Positions 31,953 to 44,717 of a stretch of 64,000 nucleotides of DNA are shown here, piece by piece. The stretch spans positions 921,015-985,014 of the forward strand of contig CP064968.1 in assembly GCA_016699245.1 (NCBI GenBank), given 5' to 3'. A model generated the notes under the pieces. That model was not told the DNA's origin. It worked only from the letters and a program-made list of their open reading frames with translations, and did no database searches. Both the position numbers and the translations under genes were made by a program. The stretch's first letter is position 1. Each line of letters opens with the position of its first letter. This DNA is from Candidatus Kaiserbacteria bacterium (GTDB lineage Bacteria; Patescibacteriota; Minisyncoccia; Phycocordibacterales; UBA918).

Positions 31953-32520
31953 GGAGAGGGGAGTGAAATAGAACTGAAACCATACATCTACAAGGAGTCG
32001 AAGCCCTGCGGGGCGACGGCGTGCCTATTGAAGAATGAGCCGGCGAGTGTATCTGTATTCTTTGTCTAAGCGGTAACCCCGTGGAGGCCTAGTGAAAGCG
32101 AGCGTGAATAGCGCGAATATAGAGTACGGATACGACCCGAAGCGGGATGAGCTTGCCATGTGCAGGGTGAAGCGAAGGTAAAACTTCGTGGAGGCCCGAA
32201 CCGGTTGGCCGTTCAAAACCATCGGATGACATGTGGTAGGGAGTGAAAAGCTAATCGAATTCCGTAATAGCTGGTTCTCTCCGAAACAGCTTTAGGGTTG
32301 GCGTCGCGTGTTCCTCCTGGGGGTAGAGCACTGGAAGGTTTAAATAGGGAGAAATCTCGTTAAACCTATCAAACTACGAATACCAGGCAGTTAGAGCGCG
32401 GCAGTTAGACTACGGGGGAGAAGCTCCGTTGGTCGAAAGGGAAACAGCCCAGACCGCCAGTTAAGGTCCCTAAATATATACTCAGTGCGTCTTGAGGAGG
32501 TGAGGATTCATCAACAGTCA

Positions 32521-32552
<32 letters not shown>

Positions 32553-33391
32553 GAAAGCGTAACAGCTCACTGATCGAGAGTCCTTGCGCCGAAGATGATC
32601 GGGGCTCAAGTATATTACCGAAACTGCGGATGTCACATTTCTTCGGATATGTGGCGTGGTAGGAGAGCGTTCTGTTCTGCGATGAAGCCAAGGTGTGAAC
32701 CACGGTGGAGCGTACAGAAGTGAGAATGCCGGCACAAGTAACCGCAAGACGGGTGAGAACCCCGTCCGCCGAAATACCGAGGTTTCCTTCGCTATGATGA
32801 TCAGCGAAGGGTTAGTCGGTCCTAAGCCGATCCCGACAGGGGGAGGCGATGGATAGCAGGTTAATATTCCTGCACACTGTTACGTTGCGATGGAGGGACG
32901 GAGCGTTGTACCCAAAGCATCTTATTGGATTGGTGCTGGAACTACGAGGACGTCTGGTAGGCAAATCCGCCAGATATAATCCGAGTAGGGTCTGAACGTG
33001 AGGCTACGGCCGAGCGAATGAGGGGAGCACGCTTTCTAGAAAAACTTCTAAGCATAAACGTAACGGTTCCGTACCGCAAACCGACACAGGTGGTAGGGTC
33101 GAGAAGACCAAGGCGAACGAGTGAGGGGTCCTTAAGGAACTCGGCAAAAAAGCGGCCGTAACTTCGGGATAAGGCCTGCCCTGCGTAGCAATACGTTGGG
33201 GCCGCAGCGAAAGATTTCCTGGCAACTGTTTAACAAAAACACAGCTCTCTGCGAAGACGTAAGTCCATGTATAGAGGGTGACGCCTGACCAATGCCGGAA
33301 GGTTAAATATGGGGGGTCTTATGGAGTAATCTGTAAGGCTGGACTATATAAGCCCCGGTCAATGTCAGCGATAACTATAATCGTTCTAAGG

Positions 33392-33581
33392 TTCGGCGCA
33401 TTTTCCTCCGGGAAAATGCGCCGATAGGACTGGAACGATTATAGGTGTAAACAGAACAAGCCACAGCTACCTTACGTGCAGTAATGTACGTATAGTCCAC
33501 AATGCAACCAACAAGAGACCAAATGTTGCACACCCGACCTCGTAAGAGAGGGTGAAGATAGAGTCCTTCTGCAAAAGAATT
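33392..33581 (+). other. Insertion (small intron-like) in 23S, between AAGGT and AGCGAAATTCC (E. coli about position 1917)
   Basis: Conserved flanks aactataatcgttctaaggt | ... | agcgcaattccttgtcgggtaagttccgac. Confidence 0.6.
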
Positions 33582-34188
33582 GGAATAGAAGAGCGCAATT
33601 CCTTGTCGGGTAAGTTCCGACGTGCACGAAAGGCGTAATGACTGGGAAACTGTCTCAAGGACCTGCTCGGTGAAAATACAATGGGGGTGAAGATGCCCCC
33701 TACCTGCAGTTAGACGAAAAGACCCCAGGAGCTTTACTGTAGCTTCGTATTGGGGCTGTTGAATTAATGCGTAGTATAGGTGTGAGACTTTGAAGTGGGC
33801 TTTCGGGTACCATGGAGTCGCCAGTGAAATAGCACCCTTTATTTTGGCAGTTTCTAACCAGCACGGAAAAACCGTGTTGAGACAGTGCGTGGCAGGCAGT
33901 TTTAGTGGGGCGCTACCCTCCCAAAGAGTAACGGAGGGGTCTCAAGGTTGGCTAGGTGCGAATGGAAACCGTACCGATAGTGTAATGGCATAAGCCAGCT
34001 TGACTGTGAGGCGTCAGTGCCAAACAGATGCGAAAGCAGAGCATAGTGAACCGACGGTCCGCTTTAGATGCGGCCGGAGATTATCTGACAAAAGTTACCC
34101 TGGGGATAACAGGCTAGTCGTGCCCAAGCGTCCATAGCGACGGCACGGTTCGGCACCTCGATGTCGGCTCAACTTATCCTGGGGCTGG

Positions 34189-34224
<36 letters not shown>

Positions 34225-34251
34225 AAGTTACGTGAGCTGGGTTTAGACCGT

Positions 34252-34951
34252 TCAGATTCTAAATATTTTGGAATCTGAACCAATCTAAACCCGAGGAGAA
34301 TACTTGACCAGTATTCAAAAAGACATCATTCACGGCGGTGGTAGAAAGTAATTTCTACACATAAAATTGACTATATCGGTGGAGTCCTAAACCAACATAT
34401 GTTAGGATAATACCGAGGGAAGTCTTGTATGACACAAAAAATTAATTCATCGTTCAGTATCTATCTTGCCGGTTTTTTGGATGGAGATGGAAGTATATAT
34501 GTACGAGCAAAACCAAATAGTTCATATAAATATGGCTATCAAATTGCTCCAACTGTTGCTTTCTTTCAGTCTAAGAAAAGTGGTGAGTTTCCAAAACTGT
34601 GCAAACGAATCCCGTACGGGACGTTGAGAGTTAGGAAGGATGGTATATATGAATATACTATTTCAAAACAAAAAGAAATTAGAGATTTTCTTTTCCAAGT
34701 GTTGCCCTATCTTGTGTTAAAACAGGAACAAGCAAAACTTATGATTAGAATTCTTGATGTTAAAGATACTATACAGACTATAGATGATTTCAATGTTTTG
34801 CTTGCACTCATTGATTCTTTTCGGGAATTAAATTACTCGAAGAATCGCAAAGTGCGTACAAAGACCCCGTAGAGACTAAACGTCAATCTCCTTGAAATGA
34901 AGCAAGGAAGAAGATATAGTCCGATCCTCCGAGTAATCGGAGCAACAAGAT
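34252..34951 (+). mobile_element. Group-I-type intron in 23S carrying a LAGLIDADG homing endonuclease ORF
   Basis: Inserted between GGGTTTAGACCG and TCGTGAGACAG (E. coli about 2593). Contains the HE ORF. Confidence 0.75.
34429..34872 (+). CDS. LAGLIDADG homing endonuclease (single-motif, I-CreI-like)
   Basis: LAGFLDGDGSIYV motif, 147 aa, located inside the 23S rRNA gene. Confidence 0.85.
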   Translation: MTQKINSSFSIYLAGFLDGDGSIYVRAKPNSSYKYGYQIAPTVAFFQSKKSGEFPKLCKRIPYGTLRVRKDGIYEYTISKQKEIRDFLFQVLPYLVLKQEQAKLMIRILDVKDTIQTIDDFNVLLALIDSFRELNYSKNRKVRTKTP

Positions 34952-35015
34952 GCGTGAGACAGGTTGGTCTCTATCTACTGCAGGCGTCGATTCTTGAAGA
35001 GATTTGTCCCTAGTA

Positions 35016-35400
35016 AGTATTTGCTACTTTGTGAAGAGATTCACATTGAAAATATGGCTTATAACGGTGAAGCCTTCATATGTTTTTGGTTCGAGAATTA
35101 TATTCATGCACGGTCCAGTCATGATATAATTCGCTTGAGGACCAGAAACCTCTTTAAGGTAATACCGTGGGAAGTCGCCGTATCACATTAGTTTTAATGT
35201 GCCAGGTTGACCCCGTAACGACTTGCGCTGAAAGACGCGCGGACGCATACGTAGAGGAATCATTCCATTGAGAATGACTGCTCGTATGTGTAAGATGCCA
35301 TCGCCCTCATTTAGACATTCTGTCTAAAACGGGTGAAGATATAGTCTGTGCTCCTAGAAATAGGGGAAGCGTTTAATTGGAAATTTAACCAGTTAAATTC
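35016..35400 (+). other. Third insertion (ORF-less intron-like) in 23S, just before CGAGAGGACCGG
   Basis: Conserved flanks ccctagta | ... | cgagaggaccggg. Contains only a degenerate 75-aa ORF. Confidence 0.55.
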
Positions 35401-35889
35401 ACGACGAGAGGACCGGGATGAACTGACCTCTGGTCTACCTGCTGTCACGCCAGTGGCACCGCAGGGTAGCTATGTTGGGAATGGATAACTGCTGAAAGCA
35501 TCTAAGCAGGAAGCCAACTCTAAGATGAGGAATCATTAAGTCCCCTGAGAGATGATCAGGTTGATAGGCACTAGGTGGAAGTACAGCAATGTATTGAGCC
35601 AAGGTGTACTAATCAGACGTAATTCCTGTAGGGAATGCTGTACATCGATATTAATTCGGTGATACATGCGTACCTCTGGTTCGAACAATAGTTCGGGTTG
35701 TAAACCAACCTTCGCTTGTTCAAAAATGAAAATGAGCAAAGCTCGCTTTCATTTTGTTCACGCGCTCGGTTGCCAGGGAATGCTGTACATGGCTAGTCCA
35801 TGCATGGCTCCATACGGAGTAATGTTGTACACAATACAATTTTTGAGTGATGTGAAAATACCTATAGAATATGCAATTGAAAGAGCACG

Positions 35890-35968
35890 GCGTGGGCGTA
35901 GCGCAGTCTGGAAGCGCGCTGGTACGTTGTACCAGAGGTCGTTGGTTCGAATCCAACCGCCCCGACCA
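35890..35968 (+). tRNA. tRNA, anticodon loop ACGTTGT (probably GTT, Asn); acceptor stem has 2 mismatches
   Basis: D-arm gcgc/gcgc, anticodon stem ctggt/accag, T-arm gttgg-ttcgaat-ccaac, encoded CCA. Lies between 23S and 5S. Confidence 0.55.
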
Positions 35969-36012
35969 ACCTTTTAAGTTTCTTAAAAGGTTTTGAAAAT
36001 ATTGAATATTGT

Positions 36013-36124
<112 letters not shown>

Positions 36125-36231
36125 GAGTATTTAATACAAAAAATCTCACACAAATGTGTGAGATTTTTTTGTATATGGTCAAAATCGCGCGACCTACGGT
36201 CGCGCGGGGATTTTCTGATACAATATACACT

Positions 36232-37598
36232 ATGATTCGATGGTGGGCAATGATGCGACGTATCCAGTATATGGGGGGCTCCTTTATCTTTCTTGCCCTC
36301 ATTGGTTCAATGTTCTATTGCTCGTATTGCTATGTAGGAACCACGTGTTGCGACCGTACGAAAAACGGTGATGAGCGCCGCATGGATCGCGGTGGTGACT
36401 GTTCACGTATGTGTCGGATGGATATTTCTGCACCGAAAGTACTCTGGGTGGCACCATTTAAGATTATGGATGGGCAGTACAATGTGGTTGCCTACATAGA
36501 AAACAGCAATAGGGAAACAGGCACCGGCAATATGCCCTACACCATTACTCTTTCCGATACGGAAGGGGTTATTGTGGAGCGAAGCGGTACTACGGTGCTG
36601 CCGCCCGATGGCACATATCCCATATTTGAAGGGCGTGTGATGACGGGCACACGGGTGCCTACCGCAGCAGCAATTACCTTTGAAGACGAAGATGACGTGG
36701 TGTGGATGAAAGCATCGATAGGTCGTAATGAATTTTTCCTTGAAGAGCGAGACCTAACCGGTGTTGATGACTCACCACGCCTCACGGCCCAGATACGGAA
36801 CACACTCCTTGAGGAAACGCGCGAGGTAGAAATAGTTGCAACGGTATTTAACTCCTCGGGTAAGCCTCTTACCGCAGCGCGCACGGTGGTGGAATATTTC
36901 CAAGGTCGCACAACAGAAAAAGTAATCTTTACCTGGCCGCAGCCTATTGCGAAGACGCTTCGTAGTTGCGATGTGTCTACCGACGTGGTGCTCGCAATCG
37001 ATCTTTCCGGAAGTATGGACTCTGATGGTGGCAATCCGCCTGAACCACTGACTTCCGTACTCACTGCAGCAAAAACTTTGTCACCCGTATGCATGAGGAC
37101 GATCAGATTGGTGTTGCTACCTTTGCGACAGGGGCATCACTCGTATCAAAGTTGAGTGCTGATATTCCTACGGTGGCAGCACTTATGGAGAGACTCACTA
37201 TTGACCCTAAGGAGCAGCGAGGTAGCACTAATCCAGGAGAGGGACTTAAGCGCGTTTCTGAAGAATTGCTTTCAAACCGTCATAATCCCGACTCACGCAA
37301 AATTGCCATTCTTTTTACTGACGGACTCGCCAATGCTCCAGAGAAAAATGCCGAAGGCTATGCAACAAGCACTGCATATGAATTAAAGAAAAAGGGAGTG
37401 GATATATTTACGGTTGGCCTTGGTGCAAGTGTCAATAAAAAATTCCTTGAAGAGATTGCTTCTGATGCACAGCACGCATTCATCGCACCGACGGCGGGTG
37501 ATGTGGATGGTATCTACCGCACTATTACCACCGCAATTTGCGAGGATGGGCCTACCGTGATTGAGATTGTCGCAAAACCATCAACCAGTTTTGAATAA
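36232..37598 (+). CDS. Membrane-anchored von Willebrand factor A (vWA) domain protein, one frameshift near 37085
   Basis: MIDAS DLSGSMD in one frame; TNPGEGL, FTDGLAN, FTVGLG in the next frame. N-terminal TM. Confidence 0.6.
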
Positions 37599-37641
37599 AT
37601 TCTGTCTTGGACAGGAGGCCAAGACTCATTCATAATGGGGT

Positions 37642-38756
37642 ATGCGTTTTTTCAGGGCACTCGTGGCAAGCATGGATTGGTGGCTTATTTCCGCCGTTAT
37701 TTTCTTGACGCTCCTCGGGCTTATCACGATGTACACCTTTGATGGAGATAACTCTTATTTTGATAAGCAGATAGCATGGATCGGGGTAGCCCTCGCTGGT
37801 TTTTTTGTTGCACTTATTCCCGACTACCGCTTTCTACGTGTGGGGAACACTACTTTTTTATATATCTCGGCATTATTGCACTTTTAATACTCGTGCTCTT
37901 TGTGGGAGAGACCGTAAAGGGTGCCCAGAGCCGTTTTGATCTTGTGTTCTTTTCGCTTCAGCCATCCGACCCCGCGAAGCTTGTACTCATCGCCGTCTTG
38001 GCAAAATATTTTTCCAAACGTCACGAACTCATCGGTGACTTTAGACATATATTAATCTCGGGCGTATACGCCTTGGGGATAATCGGCTGTGTGTTCGTGC
38101 AACCCGACTTTGGGTCAGCAGCAATTCTTTTTCTTGTTTGGTTTGGGATGGTTCTTGTAGCGGGAATTTCCTTTCGGCATCTCGCCGTGGTGGGGATGGT
38201 GGGAGTCGTTGCATTTTAGGACTATGGAATTTTGGATTTCAGGAGTATCAAAAGACCGCATTATGACGTTTCTCCATCCCTCGCCGATATTCGCGGTACG
38301 GGGTATAACGCATATCAGTCCACTATTGCCGTGGGTTCGGGACAACTCTTGGGGAAGGGGGGTAGGGTATGGCACCCAGTCAAAACTCCAATTCCTTCCC
38401 GAGTACGAGACTGACTTTATTTTTGCAGCTTATGCCGAAGAATGGGGGCTTGTCGGAGTACTCCTTCTTTTCTCCTTGTTTTCAATAGTCATTTGGCGTG
38501 TGCTCTTTCACGCGCTTCGCGGAGCAACCAATTTTGAACGCCTCTTTGCCACGGGTGTGGCGATACTTTTTGTGAGTCATTTCCTCATCCATATTGGCAT
38601 GAATATTGGTCTTCTCCCGTCACCGGAACAACGGTACCCTTCCTTTCCTATGGCGGGTCACACTTGCTCACCGAGTTCCTCGGAGTAGGAATGGTAATAG
38701 CAATGGCCCGCTACACTAAGCAACAATATGTAGCCCGCGAGTTGCTTGTGGAGTAA
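37642..38756 (+). pseudogene. SEDS-family cell-cycle protein RodA/FtsW, at least 3 frameshifts
   Basis: Four consecutive ORF fragments in different frames with SEDS-like TM segments (…QPSDPAKLVLIAVLAKYF…, …TDFIFAAYAEEWGLVG…). Confidence 0.6.
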
Positions 38757-39946
38757 TCTCTCTGCATCGAGGCGTCGCCTTGATGCAGATTGTTATTTTA
38801 TTTTTGATAAAGGGTATACGTATGCGTGCGCATGGTTTCGATACGAAAGGCGGTAGTGACGCGGGTGTGGAGGGTGTGGGCCCAAGCGCGGAGCTTTGGT
38901 GGGGGTTTTCTATAAGAAATTCTAGTCCACCAACGAGCGTCTCGGGTTTGCGAGGGTTAATGAGATAGCCGGTCACCTCATGTTCGATTACTTCGGGAAT
39001 CCCGCCGACACTGCTTGCTATCACGGGGAGTTCTGCTGCGCCTGCTTCGAGAAGTCCATAGGGGAACCCTTCTTTCCATGAGGGGAGTAAAAACGCATCG
39101 AATGCTTTGAGAAATGTGCGGGCCTCAGGTACAAAGCCGGTAAAGAATACCTGCTCATTTAGCCCATATATGCGCACGAGATGTTCGAGGCGTGTTCGTT
39201 CTTCACCATCGCTCATGAGGGTAAGAAAGAGATTGGTGTGGCTGAGTTGTTTCATTTGCCAAAGCGCATAAACGAGTGCACCGAGATTTTTGTTGTGCGT
39301 GTGCTCTCCGGTAGAAACGAGCCAGATGTCATTTTGGTGTGCATCGATTACCTCAGCAGGGAAGAGTGTGGCGCGCGCATTAACACGTTCTTCAAAGATG
39401 ATGTTTGGCAGGGCGGTATGTATGAGCGAAATACGTTTGGTAAGGAAGGGCATACGCGCGCCACGATAATCATGTTGTGACACCACTATCACGTGGTGTG
39501 AGAGGAAGGTGGTGAGGTATGAGAAAAACCATACAAGTGTACGCCACACAAAACTCCGGTCTTCATAGAAAGGCCAGCCGTGTGCAGTGAAGATGATGTT
39601 TTTAACACCACAAAGCCGGGCAATAAATGCACCGCTTCCACCCACCTTTGAACTATTGAGATGGACGACGTCAGGCTGCTCCTTTTCTATAAGATGATAC
39701 AACTCACGAAACGCATGAAGTTCCTGTGTGACCCGAACATCTCTTTCGAGGGTTTTGAGAGACACTGTACGTATGTGCGCTGCTTCAAGTTTTTCTTTTT
39801 AAAATTCCACTCCCACCGAATGCGACCACTACGTCAAACTCATCTTTGGAGAGGCCTGTGGCGAGTTCATACACATAGCGCTGGGCACCTCCGAAATTAC
39901 TCTTCGTGATAATAAAGAGGATTTTTTTAAGATTTTCTTTCTGCAT
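38716..39946 (-). CDS. GT4-family glycosyltransferase, frameshifted near both ends
   Basis: N-terminal FGGAQRYVYELATGL; C-terminal EGFPYGLLEAGAAELPVIASSVGGIPEVIEHEVTGYL (EX7E-like). Confidence 0.6.
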
Positions 39947-40139
39947 AGTATGTAACTATTGTACGACGTTTCGTGTGATAACTGTAGTTCAGGTGATTTA
40001 GGTACGCGTGGAGCATACCTTGCGAAAACTCTGTCTTCTCGTATGATACCTACATGCATATTTTTGTCCGTGGGGGCACACTACTTTTAGTCTTAGGCGA
40101 CGTGGTCGCTTTTTTGAGTGCGCTTATCCTCACGCTTTT

Positions 40140-41409
40140 GTGCGATATCAAGAAGTGCCTACGCAGGCGATTATTAGTGAACACTTGAATCCTTTTTGGT
40201 TCTTTTCGTGCTCTGGATTCTTGTTTTTCTTATTACCGGGGCTCTACGATAGGCACATTTCGCTCGTGCGCAAAAGTATTCCCGCGCTCGTTCTCAAAGT
40301 GCAATTTTTTAATATCCTCTGTGCGGCCTTGATGTTCTTCGCATTTCCGTTTGGGATTGAACCAAAGACCAATCTTGCAATTTATCTTGTTATCTCCACA
40401 GCATTTGTCATTGGATGGCGGCTTTATGTATATCCCCGTATCACCACCGCAAAACCTATGCGCGCACTCGTGGTGGGAAATAGCGAGGAAGCGCTTGCGA
40501 TTGCACACATGTTTGCGCGAAGTCCGTTTTTAAAAATATTAAACCCTTCCTCTTGAGTAAAAATGACATTCCTGATTTTGAGGAATTTCGTTCCTCACTG
40601 TTGCGTTTTGTTAAAAATGGGTCAGCGGACATTGTGATTGCTGATATGCGCGACGAGTATGCAAGCAAACTTATACCGGACTTTTATACACTCACGTTCA
40701 AAAACACCGGCACTACGTTTCTCAATCTACCTGCGGTGTATGAGCAGTTGTATCATCGTGTACCACCGTCACTTATTGAAGAGAGTTGGCTGTTGGAGCA
40801 TGTAACTGCAGGAACACCACATTATGCGTATGATGTATTGAAACGAACGATAGATGTGGTGGGCGCACTTCTGCTCGGTGTCCCTACACTTCTCCTCTTT
40901 CCATTCATTATGCTCGCGATTACTCTCGAGGACAAAGGGTCATTCTTTTACGCTGCAGAACGTGTGGGACAGTACAATAAAATCATGCGTATTTTGAAAT
41001 TTCGCACCATGACGGGACGCGACAATCCAGATGATGCACTTAAGAGTACGTTGCGCGCGACTCGCGTGGGCGCAATCCTCCGGAAGACGCGACTTGATGA
41101 ACTGCCGCAGTTATGGAATATATTGCGGGGGACCTCTCTTTTATCGGACCACGCCCCGAGATACCCACGCTTGCAGAAGTGTACGCACAAGAAATTCCGT
41201 ATTACAACATGCGTCACCTTACGAAGCCGGGGCTTTCAGGATGGGCGCAAATCAATAACTTTGACGTACCGCGTGGCGGGGTGGACGTAGAGCGCACCAT
41301 TGATAAACTCTCTTTCGACCTCTACTACTTAAAACATCGGTCGCTTCTTCTTGATATCGAAATCGCACTCAAGACCATCAATACACTGGTGATGCGTACA
41401 GGAACGTAA
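40140..41409 (+). pseudogene. Polyprenyl-phosphate sugar-phosphotransferase (WbaP/bacterial sugar transferase family), 2 frameshifts
   Basis: TM N-terminus; FRTMTGRD, RVGAILRKTRLDELPQLWNILRG; then in another frame DLSFIGPRPEIP...LTKPGLSGWAQIN...DLYYLKHRSLLLDIEIALKT. Confidence 0.65.
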
Positions 41410-41539
41410 AAATAGAGAATAGAGAATAGAGAATATTTCTTTTATATTTCATATTCCATATTCAATATTTTGAGCAAACTATTTTGATTGTCATCGTGTT
41501 AAAGAAGTATATAATCAAACTTCAAATAGTTAATATTTT

Positions 41540-42443
41540 ATGTCTACATATCTCATCACAGGCGGAGCGGGGTTCATTGGTACTAATCTTTCAGAACGCC
41601 TCGTGAAGGAGGGATATGCGGTAGTGGTTGTTGATGATTTAAGTAGTGGAGCAAATCCAGAGAGACTTCCGAAGGAAGTGGTTTTTCATAAACTTGATGT
41701 GTAATACTGCGGAACTCACCAAGGTAATGAAAGGGGTTGACTATGTGGTGCATCTTGCGGCATTACCACGGGTGCAGTTTTCTATTGAACATCCCTTTGA
41801 GACACAACACGCGAACGTCGACGGCACACTCTCCGTGCTTGAAGCAGCACGTGCTGCGGGGTGAAGCGTATTGTGTATGCTGCATCAAGTTCTGTGTACG
41901 GTGATCAGACCGTCATGCCACTTGTGGAAACACTCCCCGCACAGCCAAAAAGCCCGTACGGTCTTCACAAGTATGTGGGTGAACTCATGATGAAATTATG
42001 GAATGAGATTCATGGCATAGAGACCGTCTCACTCCGATTTTTAATGTGTATGGACCACACTTTGACCCTGATGGCGCGTATGCCCTCGTCATAGGAAAGT
42101 TCCTCAAACTGCGAAGCGAAGGATTATCGATGACCATCACGGGAGACGGAGAGCAATCGCGAGACTTTACGCATGTGCGGGACATGATAGATGCAGTCAT
42201 TCGTGCAAGCCAAAATCCAGATGTGGGCAAGGTGAAGTATTTAATGTCGGTGCGGGTCGCAATGCCTCTATTAATGAAATTGCAAAAATTATTGGCGGTC
42301 TTATTGAATATGTCCCTGCACGTCTCGAGCCAAAACACACACTTTCCGACTCTACTAAAATCCGTGAGGCTCTCGGCTGGGTACCTACCGTTTCACTCGA
42401 AGAGGGAATTGCAGAACTCAAAACGAAGTTTGGACTAACTTAG
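41540..42443 (+). pseudogene. NAD-dependent sugar epimerase/dehydratase (SDR), about 5 frameshifts
   Basis: ITGGAGFIGTNL (Rossmann), AALPRVQFSIEHP, AASSSVYGD, PYGLHKYVGE (YxxxK), FNVYGPHFDPDGAYALVIGKF spread over 5 frames. Confidence 0.7.
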
Positions 42444-42458
42444 ACCTAAAAGGAGCAC

Positions 42459-43290
42459 GTGACTTTTCGGACATCACGTTCTATAGTTACGCGCATGATT
42501 GTTGATGGAAGAAAAATTGCTGAAGCGGTGTTTGCAAAAATACGGACTGATGTATCACTTCTTTCTCGTGCTCCACGACTGGTGGTTATTTCGTGCGCGC
42601 CTACTCCCGAAACCGAGCGTTACCTTGCATTGAAACAAAAAAAGGCAGCTGAGGTAGGGATTATTACCGAAGTGCTTCGTTTTGATGCAACTGCAACTAC
42701 CGAGGAAATAGTGGCGGCGAGCAGAGAGGCAGAGAAGCATGCCGACGGCATCATTATGCAACTCCCACTTCCGGCGACTATTGACACTCCTCGAGTGCTC
42801 GCCGCCATTTCACCCGCTTTCGATGTCGATGCTCTCAACCCAGAGACCACGACATTCCTCTCACCCGTGGTGGGTGCAATCCATGAAATACTCGTGACCC
42901 ATGGCATTACGGCAACTAAAAAGAACGTCACCATTATTGGGAGCGGAAAACTTGTGGGACTTCCTGCACATGCCTGGTTTTCTGCACAGGAAGCACAGAT
43001 GAGTATAGTAACGAAAGACACAGTAGACATCGGCTTCTATACTCGCGTTGCAGACATTATTGTGTGTGGGGCAGGTGTGCCAGGGCTTCTTACTCCTGAT
43101 ATGGTGAAAGAAGGGGTTATTATTCTTGATGCGGGTACCTCCGAAGAGGGGGAGTCTTGTGTGGGGATGCTGACCCCGCTTGTGCAGATAAAGCAGCACT
43201 CTTTACACCGGTCCCTGGGGGCATTGGGCCTATCACTATTGCCATACTCCTTAGAAATGTGTTGGATTGCTGCCACGAAACGACAGTCTG
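42459..43290 (+). CDS. folD: Bifunctional methylenetetrahydrofolate dehydrogenase/cyclohydrolase, C-terminal frameshift
   Basis: IVDGRKIAE..., MQLPLPATIDT, GAGVPGLLTPDMVKEGVIILDAGT, then ALFTPVPGGIGPITIAILLRN in another frame. Confidence 0.7.
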
Positions 43291-43299
43291 TGGTATAGT

Positions 43300-44717
43300 A
43301 TTTTCCATATTAGCACTTATTCCTTACGCATTGTATGAGTCACGGAGAGAAAGAAAAGTTCAAGGCACCGATGGAGTCATTCGCATCTTCCGTGCTATCG
43401 CGGTTATCGCGTGTGCACTTGTGCTTGGATATTTTGTGTACACCTCAACCACCAACACGGAGTCCAAATATCCCTTTAAACTCGGCCTTGACCTTGCAGG
43501 AGGGGAGCCATCTCGTTTACGAGGCGGACGTATCATCACTCAAGCCTGCTGAAGTGCCCGATCTCATGAACGTGCTTCGAGAGGTGATTGAGCGTCGTAT
43601 CAATGTCTTTGGTGTCTCTGAACCCAATGTGCAGGTGGAGCGAAGCAGTGTCGTAGCAGAGAAACAAAGCGAGCGACTCATTGTCGAACTTCCGGGTGTG
43701 GCCGACGTCAATCAAGCGGTTAAAGAAATTGGTAAGACACCACTTCTGGAATTTAAATTGATAGACGAAGCAGCGATGACTGAAGCACAAAAGGCCGTGG
43801 AAGCGGGTGAAGAAAATGTCCCTGCGCCCGTACATTGAAACAGGTCTTTCAGGACGCTACCTCACGCGTGCTGAGTTGGTGTTTGGGCAAGGAAGTGGGG
43901 GTGGACTTTCAAATGAGCCAATTGTTTCCATTACTTTCAATGAAGAGGGGGCAACACTTTTTGAAAACATTACGCGCGATAATGTGGGCAAGCAACTCGC
44001 TATTTTCCTTGATGGCAATGTGATGTCGTCACCGGTTATCAATGAAGCGATTGGAGGTGGCAAAGCAATCATTTCGGGAAATTTTACCCCGATGAAGCCC
44101 GCGAACTCGTGCGTAATTTAAACTTTGGTGCGCTTCCTGTGCCTATTACTCTCGTGAGTACACAGACCATTGGTTCATCCATGGGTGACGAAGCACTCCA
44201 TGCAGGTGTATATGCGGGCGTGATTGGATTTATTATTCTTTCGATTTTCCTTATCCTCTGGTACCGTCTTCCGGGTGTTGTGGCGGTGGTTGCACTCGTG
44301 GTGTACGTGGTCATTATGCTTGCGCTCTTTAAACTCATTCCAGTAGTACTCACCGCGGCAGGTATCGCCGGATTTATTCTCTCGGTGGGACTTGCCGTGG
44401 ATGCAAACGTGCTTATCGCTGAGCGTATGAAGGAAGAACTCCGTGCAGGCAAGCACATCGATGATGCCATCAAAGAAGGCTTTAATCGTGCATGGCTCGC
44501 TATTCGGGATTCCAATATCGCACACATTATTGTGGGTGTCATTCTCTTTTGGTTTGGTACCGCACTCATTAAAGGCTTCGCACTCGTGTTCTCGGTGGGT
44601 GTCCTTGTCTCCATGTTCTCTGCAATTACCGTATCGCGTACACTCCTTATCGCACTTCCGATTCGTGGAGAGGGAAAAATCAGCAAATTCCTTATGAGTT
44701 CAGGTGCCTCACGATAA
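43300..44717 (+). pseudogene. secD: Protein translocase subunit SecD, about 3 frameshifts
   Basis: LGLDLAGG, periplasmic domain, then C-terminal multi-TM region (AGIAGFILSVGLAVDANVLIAERMKEE) in successive frames. Confidence 0.75.

Noticed and set aside
34964-35191. 75-aa ORF inside the third 23S insertion
   Set aside because: No LAGLIDADG, GIY-YIG or HNH motif. Probably a degenerate remnant or chance ORF within intron RNA.
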